A DNA stretch of 64,000 nt from an uncultured delta proteobacterium (lineage in GTDB: Bacteria; Myxococcota_A; Polyangia; Palsa-1104), in contig CAWAWS010000007.1 in the NCBI GenBank assembly GCA_963785725.1, forward strand, positions 256,001 through 320,000, given 5' to 3'. Shown piece by piece: positions 9,576-23,488 of the stretch (position 1 is its first letter; the number at the start of each line of letters is the position of its first letter). A model generated the notes under the pieces. That model was not told the DNA's origin and did not search any database. It was given only the letters and a program-made list of their open reading frames with translations. The position numbers and the translations under genes are program-made.

Positions 9576-9662
9576 CGGAGAGGGAGGGATTCGAACCCTC
9601 GATACAGTTTCCCGTATGCCGCCTTAGCAAGGCGGTGCCTTCGGCCACTCGGCCACCTCTCC
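9576..9662 (-). tRNA. tRNA-Ser(GCT)
   Basis: Anticodon arm CCGCC-TTGCTAA-GGCGG, long variable arm. Confidence 0.96.
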
Positions 9663-9702
9663 GATGAATGCTCGCGCATGTCGCTATTCGATTGTCAGAC
9701 CG

Positions 9703-9785
9703 CGGAGGGAGAGGGATTCGAACCCCCGGGACTTTCATCCAGCGGTTTTCAAGACCGCCGCCTTAAACCGCTCGGCCATCCCTCC
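9703..9785 (-). tRNA. tRNA-Ser(TGA)
   Basis: Anticodon arm GCGGT-CTTGAAA-ACCGC. Confidence 0.95.
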
Positions 9786-9804
9786 AGTAGCAAAACGGAT
9801 GGAC

Positions 9805-9833
9805 TCCATAACAAGAGCTTGGGCGGTTGTAAA
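9805..9833 (-). promoter_or_regulatory. Candidate sigma70 promoter of the tRNA cluster
   Basis: TTTACA-N17-TATGGA with TG extension; -10 is imperfect. Confidence 0.4.
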
Positions 9834-9907
9834 GCGGATTCTGGCACCGCGCCAGCTAGGCATAACGTGGTATTCTGACGCGCGCCTTCCGGGTGCCCGA
9901 GACCTCC

Positions 9908-12900
9908 ATGAAGATCACCTGCGAGCGCTGCAGCGCTCAGTACGACCTCGACGAAAGCCGGATTCCCCCGTCGGGGATGATGATGAAGTGTCCGGCCTGC
10001 TTGCACTCTTTCGCCGTGCGACGGCAGAGCAGCTCGGGCATGCCCGCCGTGCCGCCGGCGCCGGTCGTGCAAAATCCGCCGCCGCGCCGCCGCGAGATCG
10101 AGGTCTCGACGTTCGGCGAGGATGAAGGGCCGACGGTCCTGCCGCCGCCGACGCCGGGCATGATCGCGCTCGACGATCCGGATGCGATCGATCTACCCGC
10201 ACCCAAAGAAGATTTCATCGATCTGCCGGCGCCCAAAGAGCGCTCGCGCAAGCCGTCGATCCCGCCGCCGCGGCAACGGACGTCGTCGATCCCGCCGCCG
10301 TCGCGCCCGAAAGTGCCGACGCCGGCGCCGTTCGAGAACGATCACACCTACGACGAGACGGCGTTTCCGTCGGGGCCGCTGCCGGGTTTGGGGCCGGACG
10401 AGATCGATCTGCCGGCGCCCGTCGATCCAGGTCGGCGGCAGGACATCGTCGATCTGCCGGCGCCGAAGTCGGGCACGTCGCGGCCGCTGTCGTTGGCGGA
10501 CGAGAACATCGATCTGGCCGAGCTGCCGGCGCCGAAAGAGCGCGGCCATCAGGTGGGCATCTCGCTCGACGCGCCCGATCCCGAAGATTTGGAGCTGCAC
10601 GACTCGTTGAGCTTGGGCGCGCCGGAGCTGGAGCTGGACGCGATCGACGTCGTGGCGCCGCGCGACGATCGCCCCGAGCTGCCGGCGCCGAAGCACGAAG
10701 TGCTCGATGTGGCGCCGCGCCAAGAGACGCTCGATGTCGCGCCGCGCTTGGAGACGCAGGACGTGGCGCCGCGCAAGGACGCCTTCGAGGTGGCGCCGCG
10801 GCCGGCGAAGGCGCCCGAGCCGGCCGCCGAACGACCGCGACAGTCGCAGCCGCGCCTGACCAAAGCGCAGGCGGCCAAGGTCAAAGCCGCCGAATCCACC
10901 GACGATGAGCCGCGTCGTCGCTGGCCGCGGGTCGTGGCGGCGCTCGGCGGCGTCGTGCTCTTGCTCGGCGGCGTCGGCGTCGCGCTCGGCGTGTTCACCG
11001 GGTTCGGGCAGAAGCTCTTGCGCGGCGGCTCGTCGGCACGGCAGGAGCAGCAGCTCAACGTCGCGCGCAATCAGATGACCGACGACACCTTGGGCGCCTA
11101 TCGCAAGGCGGCGGCGGCGATGAAGTCGCTGCTCGAGGTCGACCCGACGGCGTTCGAAGCGGGCGCGCTGGCGGCGCAAGCGGAGTTGGGCGCGGCCCAT
11201 CTCGGCGTCGCGGCCGAGCTGCGTAACGCCGACGCGCAGCTGGCCAAGCTCACCGACGAAAAAGCGGCGCAGCTGCCGGATGTGTTGAAGGCGCGCGCGC
11301 TGCGCTCGTCGGTGGCGGGCGCGTATCCCGACGCGCGCAACAAGCTCGGCGCGGTGTTGGCCAAGGCGCCGGCGGACTCGGCGGCGCTGGTCTATTTGGG
11401 CTGGACCGAGCTGGCCGCGGGCGATCCGGCGGCGGCCGACAAGGCGTTCGCGAAGGCGCTCGCCGCCGAGGCGTCGCGGGCGCAGGCGTTGTACGGCGAC
11501 GCCGTGGCCAAAGAGCGGCTGGGCGACGTCAAAGGCGCGGGCGAGCTGTATCAGCGCGCGCAGGCACGGTCGCCGCTGCACCTGGGCGCGGCGGTCGGCT
11601 TGGCGCGCACGACGAAGCCGCCGGCGGAAGCGCAAGCGGCCGTCGAGGAGCTGATCAAGGCGCGCACGGCGACGGCGGCGCCGCGCGAATTGGCGGACGC
11701 GTGGGCGACGGTCGGCGTGCTGGCCGAGAAGGCCGGGCGTCATGACGAAGCCGAAGATCGGCTGAAGCGCGCGCTGGCGCTCGACGCCGATCATGCGATC
11801 GCGCGCGTGGCCTTGGCCAACGTGCAGTGCGAGCTCAAGCGTTGCGCCGATGCCGTGGCGCCGATGGAGAAATTGGTGGCCGCGCAGCCGAAGAACGTCG
11901 AAGCGAAGCTGGCGTTGGCGCAGGCGCAGCTCGGCACCGGCGCCATCGCCGACGCGGCGGCGACGTTGGGCGCGGCGGCGACGCTGGCGCCGAAGTCGGC
12001 CGACGTGCTCTTCGGGCAGGCGCGCTTGGCGTTGGCGCAGCCGAAGATCGATCGTGAAGGTGCGCTGGCGAAGCTGAAGGACGCGATCGCCGCCGATCCC
12101 AAGCTGATTCCGGCGTACATCACGGAGTCGACGACGCTGGGCGCGCTCGGTCGCGACGACGACGCCGTCGCCGCGCTGCAAGCGGCCGAGAAGCAGGCCG
12201 CCGACAGCGCCGAGCTGATGACGCAGCTCGGGGACGCCTATTTGACGCTGGGCAAGCCGGTGGAGGCGGAGATGCGTTATCGCGCGGCGCTGTCGAAGCA
12301 GCCGGACGCGCGACCGGCGCGCATGGCGTTGGGCGCGGCGCTCGAGGCCGAGAACAAGCTCGACGACGCGCGCGCCGAATACGAGCATGTGGCCCAGGAT
12401 GACGCGCAATATCCGGGCGTGACCGAGCGGCTGGCGCGTTTGGCCGCCAAACAGGGGCACAAGACGGAAGCGGCGCAGCTTTACGACAACGCGCTCAAAG
12501 AGGGCGTGCCGACGGCGGCGCTGCGTTTGGCGGCGGCGCAGCTGTTCTTGGATCCGGCGATCAATCGTCGCGACGACGCGCTGAAGCTGGCCGAGTCGGT
12601 GACGGCCGAGGACGATCGCTCGGCGCCGGCGCACCTCGTCGTGGCGCGGGCGCAGCTCGAGGCCGGTCGGCCCGATGACGCCTTGCCCGAGGCGCGGCGC
12701 GCGGCGACGCTGGCCGACCTGCCCGAGGCGCACTTCATTTTGGGCAAGGTGTTGGAGTCGATGTCCAAGCTCGATCAGGCGATCAACGAGTACGGCTTGG
12801 CGCGGCGACCGCCCGTGGAAGCCGAGGCGTCGCTCGGTCGCGCGCGCATCTTGGTGCGCATGGGCGCGACGAAGGATGCCTTGACCGAGCTCACGGCGTT

Positions 12901-13294
12901 GGCCAAGGATCCCAAGCTGCGCGCGCCGGCGCTGCTCTTGAGCGGCGATTGTTATGCCGATTTGCAGCAAGCCGATCGCGCGCGTCACGCGTACGAAGAC
13001 GCCGTGCGCGCGGCGCCGAACTCGGGTGACGCGGCGTTCAAGCTGGGCCGCGCGTTCCACGACGCCGGCCGCCGCCACGACGCCATCATGCAGCTCGAGC
13101 GCGCCGTGAAGCTCGACGGCGACAAGGCGAGCTGGGCCGCCGAAGCCGACCTCTTGCTCGGCGACGCCCATCGCGAAGGTCACGAGAACGACGCGGCCGT
13201 GCGCGCCTACAAGCGCTACCTCGAGATCGCGCCGGCGAGCGCGCCCGAGCGGGTCGAAGTGCAGAAGCACATCGCAGTGCTCGGAGGTAATTAG
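9908..13294 (+). CDS. Zinc-ribbon (MJ0042-like) + DLPAPK-repeat linker + TM + multi-TPR protein
   Basis: MKITCERC...KCPAC..SF; six (D/E)LPAP repeats; TM VVAALGGVVLLLGGVGVALGVF; long Ala-rich TPR array. Confidence 0.85.
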   Translation: MKITCERCSAQYDLDESRIPPSGMMMKCPACLHSFAVRRQSSSGMPAVPPAPVVQNPPPRRREIEVSTFGEDEGPTVLPPPTPGMIALDDPDAIDLPAPKEDFIDLPAPKERSRKPSIPPPRQRTSSIPPPSRPKVPTPAPFENDHTYDETAFPSGPLPGLGPDEIDLPAPVDPGRRQDIVDLPAPKSGTSRPLSLADENIDLAELPAPKERGHQVGISLDAPDPEDLELHDSLSLGAPELELDAIDVVAPRDDRPELPAPKHEVLDVAPRQETLDVAPRLETQDVAPRKDAFEVAPRPAKAPEPAAERPRQSQPRLTKAQAAKVKAAESTDDEPRRRWPRVVAALGGVVLLLGGVGVALGVFTGFGQKLLRGGSSARQEQQLNVARNQMTDDTLGAYRKAAAAMKSLLEVDPTAFEAGALAAQAELGAAHLGVAAELRNADAQLAKLTDEKAAQLPDVLKARALRSSVAGAYPDARNKLGAVLAKAPADSAALVYLGWTELAAGDPAAADKAFAKALAAEASRAQALYGDAVAKERLGDVKGAGELYQRAQARSPLHLGAAVGLARTTKPPAEAQAAVEELIKARTATAAPRELADAWATVGVLAEKAGRHDEAEDRLKRALALDADHAIARVALANVQCELKRCADAVAPMEKLVAAQPKNVEAKLALAQAQLGTGAIADAAATLGAAATLAPKSADVLFGQARLALAQPKIDREGALAKLKDAIAADPKLIPAYITESTTLGALGRDDDAVAALQAAEKQAADSAELMTQLGDAYLTLGKPVEAEMRYRAALSKQPDARPARMALGAALEAENKLDDARAEYEHVAQDDAQYPGVTERLARLAAKQGHKTEAAQLYDNALKEGVPTAALRLAAAQLFLDPAINRRDDALKLAESVTAEDDRSAPAHLVVARAQLEAGRPDDALPEARRAATLADLPEAHFILGKVLESMSKLDQAINEYGLARRPPVEAEASLGRARILVRMGATKDALTELTALAKDPKLRAPALLLSGDCYADLQQADRARHAYEDAVRAAPNSGDAAFKLGRAFHDAGRRHDAIMQLERAVKLDGDKASWAAEADLLLGDAHREGHENDAAVRAYKRYLEIAPASAPERVEVQKHIAVLGGN

Positions 13295-13297
13295 TCG

Positions 13298-15025
13298 ATG
13301 GATCTGCCAATCGATCTGGCGGCGACGCTGCGCAAGGTGAAGCGGGCGGCGCGCATGGCGCGTTCGGGCGCGCGCATCTTCCGCAACGCCGGGCTCGACG
13401 AGACGCTGACGCTCAATACGCTCTGGGCCGTCGGCAAAGTGGCGCGCGAAGCCAGCGACGGCGTGCGCGGCATGACGATGGTGGCGCGGCTGCACGCGTT
13501 CGCCGATCCGCTGCGACCGGCGCTGGTGTGCGGCGACGAGCGGCTGAATTTCGGCGAGCTCAACGAGCGCATCAACCAGCTGACCCACGGGCTGCACGCG
13601 CTCGGCATCGGGCCCGGCGAGCGCATCGCGGCGTTCATGCACAACGGCAACGAATACGTCGAGCTGAACGCGGCCTTGCAAGCGGTCGGCGGGCAGAACG
13701 TGCAGATCAGCTATCGGCTGAAAGCGGGCGAAGTCGCCTATATCCTCGAGAATTCGCGGGCGCGCGCCATGCTGTTTCACGGCGATCTGGTCGCTATCGT
13801 CGAGGAGGCGCTGGCGATCTGCGCGGCCAAAGGGCTGCCGATCGTGCGCGAGCGCTGTATCGCCGTCGACGGTGCGCCCGGCTTTCGCAGCTTCGACGAG
13901 CTGCTCGCGGCCGGCGATCCGACGACGCCGGCGCGCGTCGACGGCGGCGGCTACGGCGGCATCATGATCTACACGTCGGGCACGACCGGCCGCGCCAAAG
14001 GCGCCTCGCGCGACTTCAAGACGATGGGCCTCGAGCCGGTGCTCGACTTCATCTCGCGCTTTCCGCTGCGGCGCGACGAGCGCCATCTGGTCGTCTGTCC
14101 GCTCTATCATTCGATGGCGCCGGCGTTCGTCATCATGACGGTCATCGTCGGTGGCTGTTGCGTCATCTTGCGTGGGTTCGAGCCGCATGAAGTCCTGCGC
14201 ACGATCGAAAAAGAGCGCATCACGTCGATGTTGGTGGTGCCGACGATGTTGTCGCGCTTGATGGCGCTGTCGCCGGCCGAGCTGCGCGCGCACGATACGT
14301 CGTCGCTGCGCTGGATCATGTCGGGCGCGGCGCCGCTGCCGACCGAGCTGGCGCGGCGCGTGGAGGACACGTTCGGCCCCGTGCTCTACAACTTCTACGG
14401 CTCGACGGAGACGGCGCTGGTGTCGCTGGCGCTGCCGGGCGAGCACACGGCGCGGCCGGGCACCGTCGGCCGGCTCATCGGCGGCAACGAGCTGCGCATC
14501 CTCGACGGCGAAGGCCGTGAAGTCGGCGACGGCGAAGTGGGCGAGATCTACGTGCGCAACGACATGCTGATGGACGGCTATTACGGCAACAAAGAGGCCA
14601 CCGATCAGGCGATGCGCGAGGGCTTCTTGAGCGTCGGCGACCTCGGTTATCGCGACAAAGATGGCTACATTTACTTGGCCGACCGTAAAACGGACATGGT
14701 CATTTCCGGTGGCGTGAACATCTATCCGTGGGAGATCGAGCAGCGGCTGCACGAGCATCCGGCGGTGCACGAGGCGGCGGTCGTGGGCGTGCCCGACGTC
14801 GAATGGGGCGAGTCGCTGGCGGCGTTCGTCGTCTTGCGCGCCGGACAGTCGGCGACGGGCGACGAGCTGTCGCAGTGGGTGCGCGAGGCGCTGGCCGACT
14901 ACAAGCGGCCGCGGCGTTATGCGTTCGTCGACAGCTTGCCGCGCAATCCGACGGGGAAGATCTTGAAGCGCGAGCTCAAGGCCAGCCTGGCGCAGCAGAA
15001 CGAAGACAGCGCGGTATCGGCGTGA
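13298..15025 (+). CDS. AMP-dependent acyl-CoA synthetase
   Basis: YTSGTTGRAKG, YGSTE, GDLG, RKTDMVISGGVNIYP, LPRNPTGK. Confidence 0.93.
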   Translation: MDLPIDLAATLRKVKRAARMARSGARIFRNAGLDETLTLNTLWAVGKVAREASDGVRGMTMVARLHAFADPLRPALVCGDERLNFGELNERINQLTHGLHALGIGPGERIAAFMHNGNEYVELNAALQAVGGQNVQISYRLKAGEVAYILENSRARAMLFHGDLVAIVEEALAICAAKGLPIVRERCIAVDGAPGFRSFDELLAAGDPTTPARVDGGGYGGIMIYTSGTTGRAKGASRDFKTMGLEPVLDFISRFPLRRDERHLVVCPLYHSMAPAFVIMTVIVGGCCVILRGFEPHEVLRTIEKERITSMLVVPTMLSRLMALSPAELRAHDTSSLRWIMSGAAPLPTELARRVEDTFGPVLYNFYGSTETALVSLALPGEHTARPGTVGRLIGGNELRILDGEGREVGDGEVGEIYVRNDMLMDGYYGNKEATDQAMREGFLSVGDLGYRDKDGYIYLADRKTDMVISGGVNIYPWEIEQRLHEHPAVHEAAVVGVPDVEWGESLAAFVVLRAGQSATGDELSQWVREALADYKRPRRYAFVDSLPRNPTGKILKRELKASLAQQNEDSAVSA

Positions 15026-16686
15026 AGCGCGCGCTATTGGCGCTGTTGGCGCTGGCGACGACGGCGGCGAGCGCGCACGCCGAGCCGTTCGACAAGCTGC
15101 CCGAAGGCGCGCTGGCCTATGCCGCGGCGCGGCCGATCGTCGTCATCAACACGCTGCAGCGGCTGGGGATCGATCAGCTGCCGGCGGTGCAGCGGCTGAA
15201 GAAGCAGCTGGGCGGCATCGATCCGTTCAACCCGATCATCCTGGCGGCGCCGGGCATCGACATCAACGCGCCGCTGGTGGCGTCGCTGTTCGAGAACGTG
15301 CCCGGCTTCGGGATGCACTCGCGGATCGTGGCGCAGCTGCGTGACAAGGCGACGTTCAACACGTTCATCATGGGCGTCATCGCCAGCGGGCAGCTGCCGT
15401 TGACGGCGGCGCCGGGCATCAAGGACGCGGTCGGCATGGCGACTTTGTCGCCGAACTCGGTGTGCGTCTTGCGCATCATCGGCAACGAGGCGCTGCTCGA
15501 CGAAGTCGAAGTCGAGAACAAGAAGGCGCCGGCGGCGGCCGAGATCGCGCGTCGTTTCCCGGCGACGCCGGCGCGCAAGGTCGTCGTGACGCGCGGCGCG
15601 CGCAAGCTGTTGTCGGCCGACGCGGCGGCGGCGATCTATGTCGACGCGCGCAAGCTCGATCCGATGTTCACGCACATCGCCGCCGACGACCTGCGCGTCG
15701 CCTTGGCGGCGGCGACGACGACCGCCGAGCGCGCGGAGGTCGCGACCCGGCATCGCGCGCGCGACAAAGCGTGCGCGGCCTGGCGCCACGCGCCGACGAT
15801 GTTCGACGACGTGGCGCTGGCGCTCGACGCCAAGCCCGACGCGCTGACGCTGACCTGGGCGTGGGGCACGCAAGGCGGCGCGCCGCTCGGCGGGCTCAAG
15901 CTCACCGCGGTCGACGACGGGATCCTCGACGGTCAAGCCTTGGCGCAGTCGGGCGCGGGCATGTTGGCGCTCTACGCGGCCAGCCTGGCGCCGTTCAACG
16001 CGCTCAAGCACACCGGTGTCTTCGCGACGTCCGATTCGCTGACGCAAGCCGCCGACGGCTGCGAGACCGATTCCGGCGTGCTGTTGATGCTGCGCTCGTG
16101 GCCGTTGGCGCTGGGGACGTTGGCGAGCACCACGCCGCCACCCGGCTCACCGCTGACGATGCTCAAGCAGAGCCTGGCGACGCTGCGCAATGTCGTCATC
16201 GGCCTGCGCGACTTCAGCGCCAGCGGTCCGCGGCTGGCGGCCGCGGCCAGCTTCGATGCCAGCGCGCGCGGCTCGTTCGAGCTGATGTTGGCGGCCTTCG
16301 GCGGCGGCTCGGGCGTCGCCGGTCCCGTCGGCAAGCGCGCGCCCACGATCTACTCGCTGAAGATGCCGGATTCTTCGCGTCCGGCGTTCGCCGTCGGGCT
16401 CGAGAATGTCGCCGGCGGACGGTTCGGGCTCGCCGTCGCCGATTCCGATGAGTCGCTCAAATGGGCCTATAAAGCCGGTGACAGCGCGGCCAAGACGGAG
16501 CATCCGCCGCTGGCTCGGCTGAGCGCCGACGCGTCGCTGTTGAGCCGGCTCGGCCCCATCTTCAATGCGTCTTCGGGGGAGCAGGCGATGCTCGACCTGC
16601 TGGCGCGCTTGCGTCGCGTCGACGGCGCGCTGACGGCGGAAGGCGATCTCCTCAGCCTGACGCTGCACGCGCCCTTGAAACCCTAG
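15022..16686 (+). CDS. Exported hypothetical protein
   Basis: GTGA overlap with upstream stop; signal peptide KRALLALLALATTAASAHA. Confidence 0.8.
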   Translation: MKRALLALLALATTAASAHAEPFDKLPEGALAYAAARPIVVINTLQRLGIDQLPAVQRLKKQLGGIDPFNPIILAAPGIDINAPLVASLFENVPGFGMHSRIVAQLRDKATFNTFIMGVIASGQLPLTAAPGIKDAVGMATLSPNSVCVLRIIGNEALLDEVEVENKKAPAAAEIARRFPATPARKVVVTRGARKLLSADAAAAIYVDARKLDPMFTHIAADDLRVALAAATTTAERAEVATRHRARDKACAAWRHAPTMFDDVALALDAKPDALTLTWAWGTQGGAPLGGLKLTAVDDGILDGQALAQSGAGMLALYAASLAPFNALKHTGVFATSDSLTQAADGCETDSGVLLMLRSWPLALGTLASTTPPPGSPLTMLKQSLATLRNVVIGLRDFSASGPRLAAAASFDASARGSFELMLAAFGGGSGVAGPVGKRAPTIYSLKMPDSSRPAFAVGLENVAGGRFGLAVADSDESLKWAYKAGDSAAKTEHPPLARLSADASLLSRLGPIFNASSGEQAMLDLLARLRRVDGALTAEGDLLSLTLHAPLKP

Positions 16687-16692
16687 TCGCGC

Positions 16693-18635
<1,943 letters not shown>

Positions 18636-18648
<13 letters not shown>

Positions 18649-19466
18649 TGGATGGCGCCGCCGGCGAACATCGCGTCGCGGAAGCCGATCTCGGCCGTCA
18701 CGGCGAGATGCGCGACGGGATAGAAGCGGAAGCCGACGAGCAAGTTGACGACGCCCATCACCGGCGGCTTGCTGCCCGACGCGTGGAACGACGGCGTCTG
18801 GGTCGTGTCGTCGCCGCCGCGCGTGGCGTTGAGGCGGCCTTGCAGCGTCGGGTCGCTCTTGTTGATGGGGCCGACGTTGAGCGGATAGCACTGCGACGGA
18901 TCTCTGGCGTGCGCCGCGCAGCCGGGCGAGTTGTCGTTGATGACGCTGACCGTGCCGGGAACCCAGCCGATGCCGAGACCGCCGCCGTAACGCAGCTCGA
19001 ACCAGTCGGTGAACTTGTGGTAGCCGATGAATGCGACGTCGGCGGACAAGAGGCCGAGGCCGCGGAACTGGACGTAGTGCGTATCGAGCGTCGGATCGTG
19101 ACCGGCGCCGAGGTAGTTGCCCGAGCCGACGTTGAAGACGCTGTAGTCGATCGAGGTGACGACGTCGTAGCCATTGTGGCGGTAGATGAACTCGCCGCCG
19201 ACGCCGTAGCCGCTCATCGACGTGCCCGTGTTGTGGCCGAGGTACGGCTGCAACATGAGGTGCGTGACGAAGAGCCCGCGCATGTGGGCGCCGAGCTGGT
19301 ATTTGCCGAGATCGGCCTTCGGCTCGTCGTCTTTGTCGACGGTGGAGGCGTTGGCGTCGATCTTCATCGCGCCGCCGCCGGGCGGAGCCGGCTCGTCCGA
19401 TTGCGCGTGGGCGACGACGGGAGCGACGAGGAAAAATGCAAATAAGGAATAAGCCAGGCAACGCAT
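18636..19466 (-). CDS. Probable outer-membrane beta-barrel protein
   Basis: Signal peptide ending AHA; alternating Gly/aromatic strands; C-terminal IHYLF. Confidence 0.65.
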
Positions 19467-19556
19467 GGCGCGCATCTTAGTCACAGCGCGACGAGCAATG
19501 GTACCTGTTCAGTCGATCAGCGAAAACGCCGCGCTTTGCTTACATGCTGGGACACT

Positions 19557-20252
19557 TCAGCGGGCCCCGCGTGTTTCGAGCGCATTTCGAGCGCATTCGG
19601 CGACGCCGGGATCGGAATCGGCCAGGCGCGCTTTGAGCGCGGCGCGAATGGCGGGCGTGTCGAGCAGGGGAAAGTCGGTCTCGAACGCGGCGGTCGCGTA
19701 CCAGCGGACGTCGGCGTCGGCGTCTTTGGTGAGGCGCAAGAGGGCGGCGACGGCGCGGCGGGTGGCGTCGTCCTCGCTGTCGCCGTCATCGTCGCTGGCT
19801 TGGTCGCGGCTGGCGGTGACGAGGAGCGCGCAGCCGGGCAAATAGTGGGCGACGAGGTAGCGGACAAGCACGTCGCGGTCGCCGGCGAGCGCCAACAGCG
19901 CGTCGAGGGCACGCGGCCGGCCTTGCCAGCCGATGGCGCGGACGAGCTCGTGGCGCTCCTCGCTCGACGAGGGCGCCGACGCCAGGCGCGGGAGCAAGAG
20001 GTCGAGCGTGCGGTCGGCGAAGGGGCGATCGTCGCCGCCGAGCGCCTCGAGGATGCGCAGGCCGAGGCGGCGCTGCGGCCATTCGGCGGCGGCGACGAGG
20101 GCGGTGGCGTGCGCGAACACGTCCTCGGTCGCGCGGTCGTGCAGCGCGACGAGGGCGGCGCGATCTTCGGCGGCGTCGTCGTCACCGGCGGCGGCTTGCG
20201 CGGCGAGGGCGCGATCGATCAGCGTCTGCGTGGCGGGCGGTTCGTCGGGCAT
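19557..20252 (-). CDS. HEAT-repeat protein
   Basis: DRDVLVRYLVA, DADADVRWYAT, DSDPGVAECA repeats; start MPDEPP. Confidence 0.75.
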   Translation of the reverse strand: MPDEPPATQTLIDRALAAQAAAGDDDAAEDRAALVALHDRATEDVFAHATALVAAAEWPQRRLGLRILEALGGDDRPFADRTLDLLLPRLASAPSSSEERHELVRAIGWQGRPRALDALLALAGDRDVLVRYLVAHYLPGCALLVTASRDQASDDDGDSEDDATRRAVAALLRLTKDADADVRWYATAAFETDFPLLDTPAIRAALKARLADSDPGVAECARNALETRGAR

Positions 20253-20348
20253 GGCGCGGGCGAATGTAGCACCAGCGGCGTGCGGCTGACGGGACGGAGC
20301 CGGGGCTGCCGTGCTGGCGTCGGCCGCGGTCGAGCGGTTGCCGGCTTG

Positions 20349-20390
20349 GCTCGAGCTGGCGGGCGCCCGGTGGGCGCGGCCAGCTCGAGC
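20349..20390. repeat. Inverted repeat in a structured intergenic region
   Basis: GCTCGAGCTGGC...GCCAGCTCGAGC perfect 12-bp arms with an inner GCGCCC/GGGCGC stem. Confidence 0.6.
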
Positions 20391-20518
20391 TCCGTCGCGC
20401 CGGCCAGCGGCGGATCGGGCCGCGCCGGTGGAAGGCTTATCGCGGGCTTGGTCTCGCAGCGCCGACGTTCGCCCCCAAGCGCAACGTCGAGACGAGTAAG
20501 CGTTCGCGCGTCGCCGCT

Positions 20519-21940
<1,422 letters not shown>

Positions 21941-21946
21941 CTGGCC

Positions 21947-21952
21947 ATTATA
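21947..21952 (-). promoter_or_regulatory. -10 hexamer TATAAT 6 nt before the ATG (leaderless-type)
   Basis: Minus strand TATAAT-ggccag-ATG, no SD. Confidence 0.65.
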
Positions 21953-21998
21953 CGCCGAGCGAACCGCCTTCTCGACGAGCGCGAGCTAGCACTAGATG

Positions 21999-23485
21999 CA
22001 ATGCCGTTCGGATAAGGTGGAGCGTCGGCGAGGTCATGGTGCCGGTTTGGGGCGCTTGCGGTTGTAGCTGGACATCTTGATCTTCACTTCCCGAGGCAGA
22101 ACGCGGCCTGTGCGACGCTCGGGGAGCACCAAAAGCCTGAGCCGACGGGCCAACTCGTCGAGCTGTTTGGGGATGGCGCCCGGCGGCGAGTTCGAGCACC
22201 AGATCCACTCATCTCGAATGAGATCGAGCGCGTTGATGAAGCTGATGCGCGTGGGCGCCACTCCAACCTCGTCGGCCACGCGCTCGATCTCCAAGCGGAT
22301 CAGGTTGTACGCCAGCGCGATCCCCCAGAGCTCTTGTCTGATTCCCGCTGGCGTTCGACTCCGAATGCACTCTTCTCGCGCCAGCAAGTGCGTCTTGACC
22401 TCGTCGTAGGCGAGCTCGATTTCCCAGCGCTCATGGTAGAGCTCGATGACCTCGTCCGCTGGATATTGCTCGGCGTCTACCAGCGACGTCAGCAGCGTCG
22501 ATGGACGGAAGCCGCGGCGTTGATAGCGGACCGCACGCAGGCTGACTGTCGCGGGCAGCTCGGGCGTCTCCTTTCGCGCTTCTCGCGATAGTGGGATTTC
22601 GACTAGATGATCGCCTTTGCCGAGCATCTTTACGATCTTCACCGGAGTCCGCGACTTGAGGCGCGTCAGGAAGTGCTTCTCTTTGCCGCTGGCCCGAAGT
22701 TGAACCAGCGACGGCAACGGTGCACCTCGGTCGACCAGCGTCAACGAATGTTCGGGCACTTCGCGCCACAGCTCATTGGCGAGCGTCACTTCGCCGGTCG
22801 CGTAGCTCGCGAAACGAAAGGCCGAGAGGATATGCGAACGCGCGGCCATCAGCCCGACGATACGAACCATCGGATAACCGCTCATCCCGTGTTGAGCACC
22901 CGCGGATTGTCCGCCGAATTCTGCGCGGTTATCGACGGAGTCAGGCACACGTAAAGTCGTGCCGTCGTATACGTAAACGCTCAGCTCGCGCCATCGATGG
23001 CGCTCGGCGCTGCGCGCCGACCATTCGGCAGCGGTGGAATGGAACAAATAGGCGAGAGGCTCCTCGCCGAGTCGCTGGCGAGCCTCGGCGATCGCGCTTT
23101 TAGCCACCAGCCTTCCCGTCGCGCTGGGCAGACACAGGTCCAGGCTCGCGACGACGCGTTCGATGGCGCGATTGCGAAACAGCGCCATGCCCAGGACAAT
23201 CCACAGCACCTGCACGGCCGGCAGCCGTCGCTTGCGCAGCGTTGCGACGCCGGTTGCGGCCAGTGCCTCTTCAAGCTGCACCGGGTTGAGGTGGCGGGTG
23301 AAATTCTCGAACGAATCCGGCGTCGCTCGGACTGCCGTGTACTGTAGGGCGCCTTCGAGTAGCATGCGATTGCACCAGGGATGATCGCTGAATCCTGATC
23401 TCCTCAGCGCCGCGCGCTACTTTCTGCGGAGCGCTATTCAAAAACCCCGCAGCGACGATCACTTGCAGCTATCCGATCGGCATTG
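21999..23485 (-). mobile_element. Complete IS4-family insertion sequence (1487 bp)
   Basis: TIRs CAATGCCGTTCGGATA / TATCCGATCGGCATTG; 10-bp target duplication GCACTAGATG at 21989-21998 and 23486-23495. Confidence 0.93.
22034..23365 (-). CDS. IS4-family DDE transposase
   Basis: RKRRLP, DGTT, DRG, YHERWEIE...K (YREK-type signature). Confidence 0.93.
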   Translation of the reverse strand: MLLEGALQYTAVRATPDSFENFTRHLNPVQLEEALAATGVATLRKRRLPAVQVLWIVLGMALFRNRAIERVVASLDLCLPSATGRLVAKSAIAEARQRLGEEPLAYLFHSTAAEWSARSAERHRWRELSVYVYDGTTLRVPDSVDNRAEFGGQSAGAQHGMSGYPMVRIVGLMAARSHILSAFRFASYATGEVTLANELWREVPEHSLTLVDRGAPLPSLVQLRASGKEKHFLTRLKSRTPVKIVKMLGKGDHLVEIPLSREARKETPELPATVSLRAVRYQRRGFRPSTLLTSLVDAEQYPADEVIELYHERWEIELAYDEVKTHLLAREECIRSRTPAGIRQELWGIALAYNLIRLEIERVADEVGVAPTRISFINALDLIRDEWIWCSNSPPGAIPKQLDELARRLRLLVLPERRTGRVLPREVKIKMSSYNRKRPKPAP

Positions 23486-23488
23486 GCA

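Noticed and set aside
9703..9785. tRNA-Sec (given selB nearby)
   Set aside because: Anticodon reads TGA (Ser), not TCA; normal 7-bp acceptor stem
9842..9857. Sigma54 boxes at 9842 and 24905
   Set aside because: GG-N10-GC spacing is present but the -12 elements (CAGC, CGGC) are poor, and sigma70-type -10 boxes lie nearby
10193..14770. 1525-aa minus-strand ORF and similar long ORFs (2220..4511, 30196..32970, 53756..56056, 57341..59470)
   Set aside because: Antisense or off-frame shadows of well-supported genes in high-GC DNA; Arg-rich with no recognisable motifs
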